Positions 29,148 to 38,583 of a DNA stretch of 62,390 bases are shown here, one piece after another. Where the stretch lies: positions 1 through 62,390 of the forward strand of contig JASMDC010000023.1 in assembly GCA_030753015.1 (NCBI GenBank), given 5' to 3'. The notes beneath the pieces were generated by a model, which had not been told where the DNA came from, did not search any database, and saw only the letters and a list, made by a program, of their open reading frames with translations. The stretch is from Candidatus Undinarchaeales archaeon. Lineage in GTDB: Archaea; SpSt-1190; JASMDC01. The position numbers and the translations under genes are program-made. Positions within the stretch are counted from its first letter, which is position 1. The number at the start of each line of letters is the position of its first letter.

Positions 29148-32100
29148 GTGGGGGATGATCTCATGGCCGCTGTGGTGCTCGTGCTCGTGCTCACCTCGGC
29201 GACAGCGATCCCTGAGCTCGATGAGCTTGAACGCGCTGTCGTTCAACTGAGTGCCGGAGGTGCTGCCAGCGATTTCAGGGGTTGCGGCATGGGCGGTGAC
29301 GGAAAGGCGGACCTCGGTGACGATTGGGTGTGCACCGGCATCGAGGAGACACAGCTCCCCATGTTCAATGGGTACATGGACGCCTGCGAGACGCTGGGCA
29401 GCGCAGCGTATTGCTCCGCCGCTAAGCTTCTACTGGAGGCCGGGTCCACCGAGCGGGAAGGATGCAGTAGCTGCGGATGTGGCCCAGCTGAGCCTTTGTG
29501 CACGTATCTCGATACACAGACCGGCCTGGTACTGGCCGCGGCCCGGGCCTGCCGCGCCTTTGGTGGTGAGTACTGCAACACTACGCTCCTGTACGCATCA
29601 ACCCTCATAGTGAAGTGTGAGCAGTACGATGAGTGCTCCCGCAATGCGACCGTGGGTGCTGTCATGTCCGCTCTTGGTGAGGCATGCACAGCCACTGAGA
29701 ACAAGGAGGTGTGCAGCAACCTCTTCAAAGTAGTGGACGACCATATCGCCAGCACATCAGGTGCGGGCTTCCCCTCCATCGATCACCACTCCGCCCTCAT
29801 ACAGGGCCTTGCCCAGGCATGTGACCGGGGTTCCGTGGACGCTTGCGGGGTTCTCAAGGCGGCCGCCGCTGAGCCCCAGGACACCAACGATCCCCGCGAG
29901 CTTGTTTCCCTTCTGGATGCGTACACGGATGCATGTAACGTGCTCGATGGGAACGACACAGCCGGCGAGCACTGCCAACGTCTTTTCGACCTGATCACTC
30001 TTACAAAGCCCGTGTGTGGCCTAGAGGCGTGTGCGCAGGGCGATGTGGCCGGTCAGCTCATGCGAGCGCTTTTCCCCCTCTGTAGCGCGTTCGGCAAGGG
30101 GTGTGAAGAAGCGGAGTATATCGCCCGCCTCAAGGACACTCCGTGCGGCATCGGCCCGAACGGTAAAGCATCTCGCCACGACGACATATGGAACTGTGGT
30201 TCGGACAAGATCAGGGATGCTGGTTTTCTCATGCAGGGTTACGCTGCAGGCTGCCGCGCTAAGCCTGAGGAGCAATTCTGCCTAGCGCTCTCCCTGATGG
30301 CGGACACCGGGGCCGGGAGCGAGTCGGGCAGATGTGGCATGGAGGACGGCACCTCGGATGACGACGATGATTGGGACTGTGGCGGCGCCTGGGAGCAGGC
30401 TTCCTCCGCCATCGCCATGGTCAAGGCCTGCGAAGTGCTCGATCCCATGGTGAGGGATCCCTCATGCGAGGCGTCCAAGCGCCTCCTGCACGGCTACTCA
30501 ACGGTCTATGGCTGTACGGACTGCGGGTGCGGTATGCGGGATGACACTTCAGAGGGGTTGGACGATTGGGAGTGCGACACTGATTTCGCTCAGGGCACTA
30601 TGATGGTGATGTATGGGCAAGCCTGCCGAATATTTGGTTCCGAGTCGGAATATTGTACCGCGCTCAAGTACATGGCAGAGCGAGCAGCGGCCTTGTTCGT
30701 ACCTGATGAAAGCCCGGAAACGCATGCCATGCTCGCTCTTGGTTTTGCCGAGGCCTGTGAGCTCCTGGACAGTGGGCGCAGGGACGGCGCATTCTGCACG
30801 CATCTTTCCACGGTGCTCAAAGCAAACGATACGCTCGACTGTTGGCGCACACAGATAGGGCTCTGGTGCCGCGACGAAGTCGCTCAGGGCCTGCTCATGC
30901 TTTCATATGCACGAGGGTGCGATCTCCTTGAACTCCCCCGTGTCACGGGACCTTTCTGCACCCAGCTCCGCGACCTTGGATTGGGTGGGATTGACGAGAT
31001 CGTGACCAGTCAATTGGAACGTGAGGTCGTTTCAGTCATCGGGCTCTCAGACGTCTTCACATCCTCGGAGTTCGTGCTCACACTTGCATATGCCCGTGCA
31101 TGCGAGCTCACAGAAGTGCCATCTGAGGGGCCGTTCTGTCAGGAGTTCCTTATCCGGGGCGCAAAAGGCTCTGTGGACCGTATTAATCCGCTGTTCGGAT
31201 GCGGCCCTGCTTCAGCCGAGCGTATTGAGGGCGACTGGGATTGCGATCAGCCAGCCGCGCAGGGGGAGGCCATGATGGCCTATGCAAAGGCCCTCGAGCT
31301 GTGCTCTAGGGAGTTCACCATCCCCTGGGAGCTCTGCGAGATGCCGTTTCGACGATACCTACTCAGTCTTACGGAATCGTCATCGTGTGGACTTGGGGGG
31401 GCATCGGGAAAGGGTGCTTGGAACTGTGAGAACGGTGGATCACAAGGCATGGCCATTCTTGGCTATCTTGCCGCGTATGACGTGATCGATGACCTCCTGT
31501 TCACCTCCCCTTATCCCCTCTTCGGGCCGGTGCCCGATGCAAGCGAGCGGGAGAACCCTCTCTGCGATGATGGTAACAACTGCACGCAGGAGCGATGGAG
31601 CGGGACCGCATGTGTAACTGAGTTCCTGGAGTGCGGTCATGCTTGCGGCAAGGGGGGCGTATGCGATGGCGAGGGTAGATGCGAGGTGCTCGGACAGGTG
31701 AACGCCTCGTGCATATGCCCTGAAATGTGTGCATCAGGGCTGATATGCGCAGAGGGAACGTGCGCGTCCTCAATATGTGGTGATGGACTATGCGAGGACG
31801 AATGCACTAGCTGCCCGGAGGACTGCGTTCCCGATGACTGTCTGGGGGACGGTAATTGTGAACCGCCGATGGGAGAGACATGCGCCGTTACCGCAGAGGA
31901 TTGCCTATGCTTGCGAGGATTCATCTGCAAGCCCAAGCGAAAGCACTCAAGTGCGTCAGGATGCTATGAGATCAAATGCGGGGACAATTTCTGTGACAGC
32001 CCTGATGAGAGTTCAGTGACCTGTTGTGAGGACTGCCGATGCCCCCCCGATTACCAATGCAACACGGCGACCCACTCATGCACGCTCTCATGTGGTGATG

Positions 32101-32759
32101 GTACGTGCAATTCTGAAGAATGCGGAAAATGCCCCAAGGACTGTGCTCCCGGCGACTGCGAGAATGGTGTGTGCGAGACGGATATAGGCGAGAGCTGCCA
32201 GAACACTCGTGATTGCATTTGTCGTACCCATATTGATGCGAAGCCTGAGGAGATCTCCAAGGAAGGGGATCCCCTTCGTGTGTCATTCCTCATCGAGAAC
32301 CAAGGGAACATGAAAGAAACCTATGATATCAAGCTCAGGTCCTCGATCAACGGTGAAGATAAGGACAGGACCATCGAGCTATCCCCGGGACTCAACTACG
32401 AGATCGATACATCGGTCACCATGGCACCTGCGGGAGAGTACAGGGTCACCCTGATGGTGTCCCCCAGGAGCGTCAAACGCCCCCTCACCGAGACGACGCT
32501 CGTTATAGTGAGCGCTAAGAGCTTCCTTTCACGCGTTCTTGAAGACAGCCCTCTGCGGGTGCTCCTCGACCTCAAGGACACCATTGAGATCATGCTGTTA
32601 CTAGGGATGGCAATGTTATTCATCAATAGGGCGGTGAAACGGCATCGGCGGCCACGCTATCCGCAGGACTCTTACTTCCTCTACAACTACTATCCCCCTC
32701 AATGGTACACCCGGGAAGGCTATTACCAGTACCAACAACAGGGCGGACACGGTAGATAG
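29148..32759 (+). CDS. Large Cys-rich membrane-anchored surface protein
   Basis: Signal peptide; repeated CG...(D)W.C and A.AC..L...C motifs; CGDG.C...C..CP.DC repeats; Ig-like domain (V.F.IEN.GN..ETY); C-terminal TM and Tyr/Gln-rich tail. Confidence 0.85.
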   Translation: MGDDLMAAVVLVLVLTSATAIPELDELERAVVQLSAGGAASDFRGCGMGGDGKADLGDDWVCTGIEETQLPMFNGYMDACETLGSAAYCSAAKLLLEAGSTEREGCSSCGCGPAEPLCTYLDTQTGLVLAAARACRAFGGEYCNTTLLYASTLIVKCEQYDECSRNATVGAVMSALGEACTATENKEVCSNLFKVVDDHIASTSGAGFPSIDHHSALIQGLAQACDRGSVDACGVLKAAAAEPQDTNDPRELVSLLDAYTDACNVLDGNDTAGEHCQRLFDLITLTKPVCGLEACAQGDVAGQLMRALFPLCSAFGKGCEEAEYIARLKDTPCGIGPNGKASRHDDIWNCGSDKIRDAGFLMQGYAAGCRAKPEEQFCLALSLMADTGAGSESGRCGMEDGTSDDDDDWDCGGAWEQASSAIAMVKACEVLDPMVRDPSCEASKRLLHGYSTVYGCTDCGCGMRDDTSEGLDDWECDTDFAQGTMMVMYGQACRIFGSESEYCTALKYMAERAAALFVPDESPETHAMLALGFAEACELLDSGRRDGAFCTHLSTVLKANDTLDCWRTQIGLWCRDEVAQGLLMLSYARGCDLLELPRVTGPFCTQLRDLGLGGIDEIVTSQLEREVVSVIGLSDVFTSSEFVLTLAYARACELTEVPSEGPFCQEFLIRGAKGSVDRINPLFGCGPASAERIEGDWDCDQPAAQGEAMMAYAKALELCSREFTIPWELCEMPFRRYLLSLTESSSCGLGGASGKGAWNCENGGSQGMAILGYLAAYDVIDDLLFTSPYPLFGPVPDASERENPLCDDGNNCTQERWSGTACVTEFLECGHACGKGGVCDGEGRCEVLGQVNASCICPEMCASGLICAEGTCASSICGDGLCEDECTSCPEDCVPDDCLGDGNCEPPMGETCAVTAEDCLCLRGFICKPKRKHSSASGCYEIKCGDNFCDSPDESSVTCCEDCRCPPDYQCNTATHSCTLSCGDGTCNSEECGKCPKDCAPGDCENGVCETDIGESCQNTRDCICRTHIDAKPEEISKEGDPLRVSFLIENQGNMKETYDIKLRSSINGEDKDRTIELSPGLNYEIDTSVTMAPAGEYRVTLMVSPRSVKRPLTETTLVIVSAKSFLSRVLEDSPLRVLLDLKDTIEIMLLLGMAMLFINRAVKRHRRPRYPQDSYFLYNYYPPQWYTREGYYQYQQQGGHGR

Positions 32760-32812
32760 AGATATCCAGCATAGAAAAAGTACTGCCGGGATACTAGGAA
32801 AATAAAACAAAA

Positions 32813-32839
32813 TACGGGCCCCCTGAGAGGGGGACCCGT
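32813..32839 (-). terminator. GC hairpin between convergent genes, followed by a T-rich tract on the minus strand
   Basis: ACGGGCCCCCTGAGAGGGGGACCCGT; minus-strand downstream sequence ATTTTGTTTTATTTT. Confidence 0.55.
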
Positions 32840-32864
32840 TGTTAGTACCCCGGATCGTGTCGTC

Positions 32865-33041
32865 CTACGAGTGGTCTTCCATGATGTAGATCACGGCCAC
32901 GCCCATGACCAGCAACATGACCATTGCCTCGATGCTTCCTGTCCCGAAGGGAATGATCTGATCAGCGCCCGGGCTCGTCATGAACAGTATCATGACGATA
33001 ACGATGGCGATGATTCCCGTAATCTTGTTCGACATTGACAT
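32865..33041 (-). CDS. Small two-TM protein (58 aa; absent from the ORF track)
   Basis: MSMSNKITGIIAIVIVMILFMTSPGADQIIPFGTGSIEAMVMLLVMGVAVIYIMEDHS*; ATG 2 nt after the upstream TAG, with a GGTGA ribosome-binding site. Confidence 0.75.
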   Translation of the reverse strand: MSMSNKITGIIAIVIVMILFMTSPGADQIIPFGTGSIEAMVMLLVMGVAVIYIMEDHS

Positions 33042-33043
33042 CT

Positions 33044-33358
33044 CTAGTCACCACCCATTCCTGTGGCCATGCTCGCCACAAGGTACATGGACACGATCGC
33101 GAACAGCACGATGCCCAGGCGTGGCATGAAGCTGCCCAAGAGCGCCGCCAAGTCCAGGTAGTTGGCCGCATAGTACATGGTGTAGAACGCCGCCACTACC
33201 GCGATGATCGCACCCAACGCGTCCGTCTTCTCACCGAACACACGGGACTTCACGAATGATCCGTAGTACACGGCGAAAATTAAGAGATAGGACAGGAAGA
33301 AGTTGAAGAACCCTACCTCCTGAAGTTTTTCTACCATGTATCCAAAGCTTGCTACCAT
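33044..33358 (-). CDS. Three-TM membrane protein (family A)
   Basis: GFFNFFLSYLLIFAVYYG...SRVFG motif; paralog of the N-terminal part of 33362-33886. Confidence 0.8.
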   Translation of the reverse strand: MVASFGYMVEKLQEVGFFNFFLSYLLIFAVYYGSFVKSRVFGEKTDALGAIIAVVAAFYTMYYAANYLDLAALLGSFMPRLGIVLFAIVSMYLVASMATGMGGD

Positions 33359-33361
33359 AAT

Positions 33362-33886
33362 CTATACCCCCTGTCCTCCAGCACTCGGACCCTCGCCGGC
33401 CAGCCACGATACCCCGTATATCACCATGATGACGATGAAGAGGCTCGTAACGGTATCCTCATCGAGACCAGCACTATTAGGGAGTATTGCTTCCATCATA
33501 CCTGACTCCGCAGCGATCTTATGTATGAACATGAAAATCGCCATGAACATCAGTATGCGGAGGAGTTTACCCTCGATCTTCAGGCTGTCCATGATGTTGA
33601 ACAGGAAGGTCGAGACCATCCCCGCCAACAGGATGAACAGCAGGACAAGTCCTACGTTCGCAATGAAGGTCGCGAGCAGGTCCTGTAGCATCTCCATCTG
33701 GTAAGCGTAGTACAGGGTGAACGAGGCGGCAACGAAGGCGATAGTACCATTGATATTATCACGGTCAAACACCTGCGCCTTCCGCAGAACGCCGTAGAAG
33801 ACGGCGAACATCAGGATAAAAGGCAGGACATACTGGAAGAAACCGAATTGTTCCAGTATTCCGACCGCTTTGTCTATTTCCGGCAT
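33362..33886 (-). CDS. Five-TM membrane protein (family A)
   Basis: GFFQYVLPFILMFAVFYGVLRKAQVFD..NINGTIAFV motif; GGAGG ribosome-binding site. Confidence 0.82.
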   Translation of the reverse strand: MPEIDKAVGILEQFGFFQYVLPFILMFAVFYGVLRKAQVFDRDNINGTIAFVAASFTLYYAYQMEMLQDLLATFIANVGLVLLFILLAGMVSTFLFNIMDSLKIEGKLLRILMFMAIFMFIHKIAAESGMMEAILPNSAGLDEDTVTSLFIVIMVIYGVSWLAGEGPSAGGQGV

Positions 33887-33943
33887 CTTTCACATCCTCC
33901 TTGTTGCCGAGAAGGTACAGGGAGAGGGGAGGAGGGGTCGGAT

Positions 33944-34447
33944 CTATCTCTTCCGGCCCCTCTTCTTATCCTTGTCCTCCTCTCTTTCCAAGAGCTTGCG
34001 CTCTATGGATTCGATCTTTTCGAGCTCTTTCTCCTCTCTCTCAAGAAGCTCCTCTTTGTGCTTCTCGATCTTCTCAATCTTCTCGAGCTCTTTTTCCTCA
34101 CGTTTCTCAATCTCTTCGATCCGCTTGAGCTCCGTAAGCATACTCTCCAGCTCGAACCCGATATGGATTCCCTCCATATAGATCCGAATGAGCCAGAGCT
34201 CACGGGCGATCAGCAGGAGGGCAAGGGCGCCCGCCCACGGGATCACGTACTCGGCCGTCGTCTTGCTGATATTCGTGATCGGATTATCCGCTACCGAATC
34301 CCCGACCATGAGCAGATATGCTACATTGATCGCGATGAGCCCTGTGAACAACATTGACAGGACTATGAGCAGGTCTTGGACTGCCCGCTCTCCCATCTCG
34401 ATCCTCGATACCGCCTCATTGGCCCGGGTCGATCGTATCTCAGACAT
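33944..34447 (-). CDS. Two-TM protein with ELW motif and repetitive charged coiled-coil tail (family B)
   Basis: TM-TM-LLIARELWLIR, then repeated REEKELEKIE units. Confidence 0.78.
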   Translation of the reverse strand: MSEIRSTRANEAVSRIEMGERAVQDLLIVLSMLFTGLIAINVAYLLMVGDSVADNPITNISKTTAEYVIPWAGALALLLIARELWLIRIYMEGIHIGFELESMLTELKRIEEIEKREEKELEKIEKIEKHKEELLEREEKELEKIESIERKLLEREEDKDKKRGRKR

Positions 34448-34513
34448 ATTCGTTACCTCTACCGACGGCCTATTGTTACTGCTTTATATATACTATCTCA
34501 AGCGAGCGAGCAC

Positions 34514-35122
34514 CTACTGCCCGCGCCCCTCTATGGTACGCCCGACCTCTGAGAGGTACTGGATGGCGTTCTTGCTGTGCAGGATCTGCCTGTTCAGGTT
34601 GAATCCGTACAGGATGTGCCCGAGAGTCCACCAGAAGATCATCATGGTGAACAGCAGACTGATCATGGCGACCAGCGTGTCGTTGAACAGCGACGTCAGC
34701 TCAACCGCAAGGTTGAAGTACGCACCTGTCCGCGCGGCGAAGATCGCCAGACAGAACGCAATGACCTGAGCCGTCCACTTCCGCATGAAGCCCATGAAGA
34801 GCAACATGTCATACAGGATGGCGAACATCAGGATGGCCGGGATCAGGAAGAAGAACAGCATCAGGGGGAAGTCCCTGCACGAGCCGTTCATTATGTAGCC
34901 CGACCTTTCCAGAGCGTTGCACTCATACCTGGCCTGGATAAAGGTCTCTTCGCCAAAGACAGCCTCGGCGAACTCTTCGAACACGTCCGCGATCTTCTCG
35001 AACGCGTTGTTTCCGCCGCCGCGATTCCTACTGGCGTAACTGGTCCCTCGGACCGCTGCGGTTCCGAGGGTGTTCATTAGCAGCAATGCGATTAGCACCA
35101 CTGCCGCTATATTTTTCGTCAT
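34514..35122 (-). CDS. Signal-bearing multi-TM protein (family A-related)
   Basis: Signal peptide, Cys-pair loop, FLIPAILMFAILYDMLLFMGF...TAQVIAFCLA, tail SKNAIQYL.EV. Confidence 0.8.
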   Translation of the reverse strand: MTKNIAAVVLIALLLMNTLGTAAVRGTSYASRNRGGGNNAFEKIADVFEEFAEAVFGEETFIQARYECNALERSGYIMNGSCRDFPLMLFFFLIPAILMFAILYDMLLFMGFMRKWTAQVIAFCLAIFAARTGAYFNLAVELTSLFNDTLVAMISLLFTMMIFWWTLGHILYGFNLNRQILHSKNAIQYLSEVGRTIEGRGQ

Positions 35123-35611
35123 GGTGCATCCACCTCCTATAGACTATTCCGTCTGTAGGCATTAATGGCGAACGTGTTATATAAAGTTTGCCGGGTAAAT
35201 CAAGGAAGTACCGTTCATTACCGAGGATTTTATCCGTAAATTTTAGTCATTTCGGTTCAAAACGGTTCAATCGTCAAATTTAGGGTTAATAGAGGATCCA
35301 TTAACCACTTAAGATCACATGCGAGACGAGTGTCTGTTCAACCGTTGAACGGAGGATGTGAGCGAAGGTCACTTCTCTATACCATTTCCTAACAGAATTC
35401 CCCCCCTTAGCCACCCCTCTCACCGCCCCATCATCTTTTCTGGTCGCTCAAGGATCGAATAAAGGACCTCTTTGGACGCTAATAGAGAAGAATATTGCTA
35501 GAGAGGCCCACTAGGGGTGGACATCATCCTGTCGTCACACCGCCAACAACCACCGTATAGGTGGCAAGGTTTATATAACGGGTCCGGCACTAGAAACAAA
35601 GGGAGAGGACC
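35123..35611. promoter_or_regulatory. Divergent promoter region with two TATA boxes, palindromes and a direct repeat
   Basis: TTTATATAA on the minus strand (~35177-35185) and plus strand (~35570-35578); CGGTTCAA twice (35253-35270); GGTTAAT-N9-ATTAACC (35284-35306); GTTCAAC-C-GTTGAAC (35336-35350). Confidence 0.6.
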
Positions 35612-36355
35612 ATGGACCGAAAAGCCATCATCGTCATCGTACTGATATCCCTGTTGCTTCTGGTGCCTGCGCAGGCACCGCCATTGGCGGATAAGCTCGC
35701 CAAGGACGGGGGCGTATCCAATCGAGCAACAGACCTATTGGGCAAGATAACACGGTCGCTCTTCGGCTCGGGGAACGAGTACATGGATCAGGGGGACTGC
35801 GAAGGATGGTTCGGGATTCAATCGGCCGACAGCGAGCGGTCCACCTATATCAATCTCGTGTGCGGCCAGATCATTTGCCCGCAGCAGGCGCACAACACCA
35901 TCAAGGGGGAGACCGACATCGCCAGCGTACCGAGGGTCAGTTGCAGCGGCGCGTCCTCGAAGGAGTCGAGGCTCAAGTTCTACTTCCTCTACGGTTTCAT
36001 GCCCTTTATCGTGCTGATGTATATCTTCAAGGACATGATGCTCCTATTCACGTTCCTTACCCCAAGGACATCGAACATAATCTCGCTCTGCCTTGCAGCG
36101 TACGCGGTGTTCCTGTCCCACGGTATCTTCTCGGTGGTTATGGGGCTGATGAACTTCCTGGGCGGGCCCGGGAGCAGCTTCGACTTCACGCAGATCTTCT
36201 TCAGCGTGCTGTTCTTCAGCCTGATATTCGGGTTCTTCTTCGACTCGATCTTCAGGTTCTTCATCGAGACGAGCCGCGTGTCCAAGGCAATCCAGTACCA
36301 GATGTACGAGGTCGCTGCCGAGACCCAGCTCGGTAAGTGGAGGGCAGGATACTAG
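35612..36355 (+). CDS. Signal-bearing multi-TM protein (family A-related), paralog of 34514-35122
   Basis: Signal peptide, Cys-containing loop, YGFMPFIVLMYIFKDMMLLFTF...TSNIISLCLA, tail SKAIQYQMYEV. Confidence 0.8.
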   Translation: MDRKAIIVIVLISLLLLVPAQAPPLADKLAKDGGVSNRATDLLGKITRSLFGSGNEYMDQGDCEGWFGIQSADSERSTYINLVCGQIICPQQAHNTIKGETDIASVPRVSCSGASSKESRLKFYFLYGFMPFIVLMYIFKDMMLLFTFLTPRTSNIISLCLAAYAVFLSHGIFSVVMGLMNFLGGPGSSFDFTQIFFSVLFFSLIFGFFFDSIFRFFIETSRVSKAIQYQMYEVAAETQLGKWRAGY

Positions 36356-36398
36356 GGTCCCCCACGCCCGGCCGGGAGGACATGCAGAGGTAGAGATA

Positions 36399-36737
36399 AT
36401 GGATGATGAAACGCTCAAACACTTCTCGAAGGCCGAGGAGGTCGTACTGGTCCTTCTGGCCTTTGTAATCGTGTTGGTAGCCTTTATCGGGACGATGGTG
36501 CTCATCATCACCGCCCTTGCTGTGCTCAACGGCATCGAGATAACTACCATGGAACAAGCCCATCTCGGCCTGATACGCGAGTCCTACGTGACGGCCTTCG
36601 CCTTCATCCTGCTCCTGGGACTACTTATCCTTCAGAAGGAGCTCTGGATTGCGCGCAAGCGCCTGGAGGTCGCCTCCCGGACCCACGATATAGGTAGGCT
36701 CCTGGATGCGGTCAAAGGGGGCGACGGGGTGCGATGA
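36399..36737 (+). CDS. Two-TM protein with ELW motif (family B)
   Basis: TM-TM-LLILQKELWIAR; GAGGT ribosome-binding site; paralog of 33944-34447. Confidence 0.78.
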   Translation: MDDETLKHFSKAEEVVLVLLAFVIVLVAFIGTMVLIITALAVLNGIEITTMEQAHLGLIRESYVTAFAFILLLGLLILQKELWIARKRLEVASRTHDIGRLLDAVKGGDGVR

Positions 36738-37516
36738 GATATACCGTTCTCATCGCGATTGTCATCATCTTTCTCCTGACACCTGCTACTGCGCCGACGG
36801 GTGCAGACGTCCTCCAGACACTCTACCGCAACAACATGTACCGCGGTCTGGTCACGGCATGGTCCACGATCATCAATCCCTTCGGCGTCAACATCATGGA
36901 GACAGACGAGACAGCCTACACGTACCTTCTGGCCCTCATCATCATGTTCTTCTTGATTTCGGAGACCTTCGGTCATAGCGATGCCATCAAGATCAACGCC
37001 ACGCCGGGATCGTTCTCCCTCCTCAAGCCCCTCACCTCGGGAGCGTCTATCAGTATCCTGATGGTCTCGAACTGGATTCTTGGATTCATCATCAAATACC
37101 TCGGATGGTTCCCCAACGAGACGTTCATCATGAACTACATGTTGCCTTTCGGCCTCATCTATTTCATGCTCTTCGACCTTATCTCATTTGTCAAGCCGGC
37201 CTTCATCAAGGTGCGGACCCGTAAGGCCATCGTCTTCCTCACCTCCCTCTATGCCGCCGATCTGGGGCTTCTGACGCCTGTGATGGACTCGATCAAGGAC
37301 ATCATGATGGCAGAAGGTGCTAATTGGTACGGTGGCACGACGTGGGTGATGTACGCCATGGCCGTATGCTTCATGATGCTCGCGAAGTTCCTCCAGCGTG
37401 CTCAGGCCTCGTTCATGACCTCACAGCGCGACTACATCCAGGCCCAGGTGGCCGAGGCGCGCTACCAGATGTACAAAACCCTTGCCGACCAATCCTTCGG
37501 TGGGGGAGGTTCATGA
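36734..37516 (+). CDS. Signal-bearing multi-TM protein (family A-related)
   Basis: NYMLPFGLIYFMLFDLISF motif; tail ARYQMY; ATGA overlaps at both ends. Confidence 0.78.
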   Translation: MRYTVLIAIVIIFLLTPATAPTGADVLQTLYRNNMYRGLVTAWSTIINPFGVNIMETDETAYTYLLALIIMFFLISETFGHSDAIKINATPGSFSLLKPLTSGASISILMVSNWILGFIIKYLGWFPNETFIMNYMLPFGLIYFMLFDLISFVKPAFIKVRTRKAIVFLTSLYAADLGLLTPVMDSIKDIMMAEGANWYGGTTWVMYAMAVCFMMLAKFLQRAQASFMTSQRDYIQAQVAEARYQMYKTLADQSFGGGGS

Positions 37517-37989
37517 CCATTCTAGCCTACCTGCTCGACAGGCTCTTCGATACACTGCTCATGCGGTACGCTCACGATCTGCATCATGAGGTCGCGGAGG
37601 AAGAGGAGGTCATCGATCCTGTGCTCGGCACGGCAGTGAACCAGTTCTCCCGCTCCTTCATGGGGACCGAGGTGGACGTGACCGGTGTCCAGGGGCCCTC
37701 CGAGGATTTAGCGCGGGATGGGGACATCAAGGAGGCCGAGGTCGTGTACGAGAGCGCCCAAGTACTCGAGCAGTCCCTGCGTAACGCATACGAGGCCCGG
37801 ATCGCCCTCCCAGGGATATCCCATCCGTCCCAGGTCGAGGTGCGCGAGCTCCCCCACTCACTCGAGGTGAAGGCACACCTCCCTGACGAACGAACCGGGT
37901 ACTTCGCCATCGTACGGAAGCCCGCCCGGTTCTCGAGCAGCCCCTCCTCCCATGTCGAGGAAGGCTCCCTCGTCCTGCGGTGGGAGTAG
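37513..37989 (+). CDS. Hypothetical protein with possible degenerate Hsp20/alpha-crystallin-like C-terminus
   Basis: ATG 37513 with GGAGGT ribosome-binding site; VEVRE....LEVKAHLP...HVEEGSLVLRW pattern. Confidence 0.55.
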   Translation: MTILAYLLDRLFDTLLMRYAHDLHHEVAEEEEVIDPVLGTAVNQFSRSFMGTEVDVTGVQGPSEDLARDGDIKEAEVVYESAQVLEQSLRNAYEARIALPGISHPSQVEVRELPHSLEVKAHLPDERTGYFAIVRKPARFSSSPSSHVEEGSLVLRWE

Positions 37990-38056
37990 AGGGCCCGGAG
38001 CGAAAGTATTTAATCTGCTCTACTAAGAGATTCATATCCCCCGGGAAGGGTCCACT

Positions 38057-38560
38057 ATGCTCCTCACAAAAGTGCCTGTGCTGGACCTCATCGCAGATTG
38101 GGGTGGCATCCGCGCGATCGAGATAGTCAGATGTCTGGATGGGTCGAACGAGATCGCCGAGACTGAGCTGGCGACACGGCTCAACATGGACATGCATGTG
38201 GTCCGCGGCACGCTACAACGCTTGTACGAGAGCAGGCTCGTTAGGTACCGTAAGGAGAGGGGCCAGGATGGATGGTGGATCTACTTCTGGTCTTTGGACC
38301 CCCTACGTCTGGTCGAGCTGGTGGACAGGGACCGTCTACGCACCATATCTCTTCTGAAGCGGAAGCTGATCTTCGAGCGTGAGAACCACTTCTTCCGTTG
38401 CACGAGAGGATGCATCAGGGAGGCGTTCGACCTGGCCTTCGAGCACGATTTCTTGTGCCCCCGTTGTGGGATGCCCTTGGTCCAGGTGGACAACGCGTTC
38501 CACGTCGAGGAAATTCATTCATATATAAATACGTTAGAGTCGCTGCCCATCTCATGCTAG
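38057..38560 (+). CDS. tfe: Transcription factor E (TFIIE-alpha homolog)
   Basis: Winged helix ELATRLNM...VRGTLQRLYE.RLV.Y.KER...GWWIYFW; zinc ribbon FFRC..GC...AFE.DFLCPRCG. Confidence 0.9.
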   Translation: MLLTKVPVLDLIADWGGIRAIEIVRCLDGSNEIAETELATRLNMDMHVVRGTLQRLYESRLVRYRKERGQDGWWIYFWSLDPLRLVELVDRDRLRTISLLKRKLIFERENHFFRCTRGCIREAFDLAFEHDFLCPRCGMPLVQVDNAFHVEEIHSYINTLESLPISC

Positions 38561-38583
38561 CATCGAGCGACGGGGAGCCAGGA

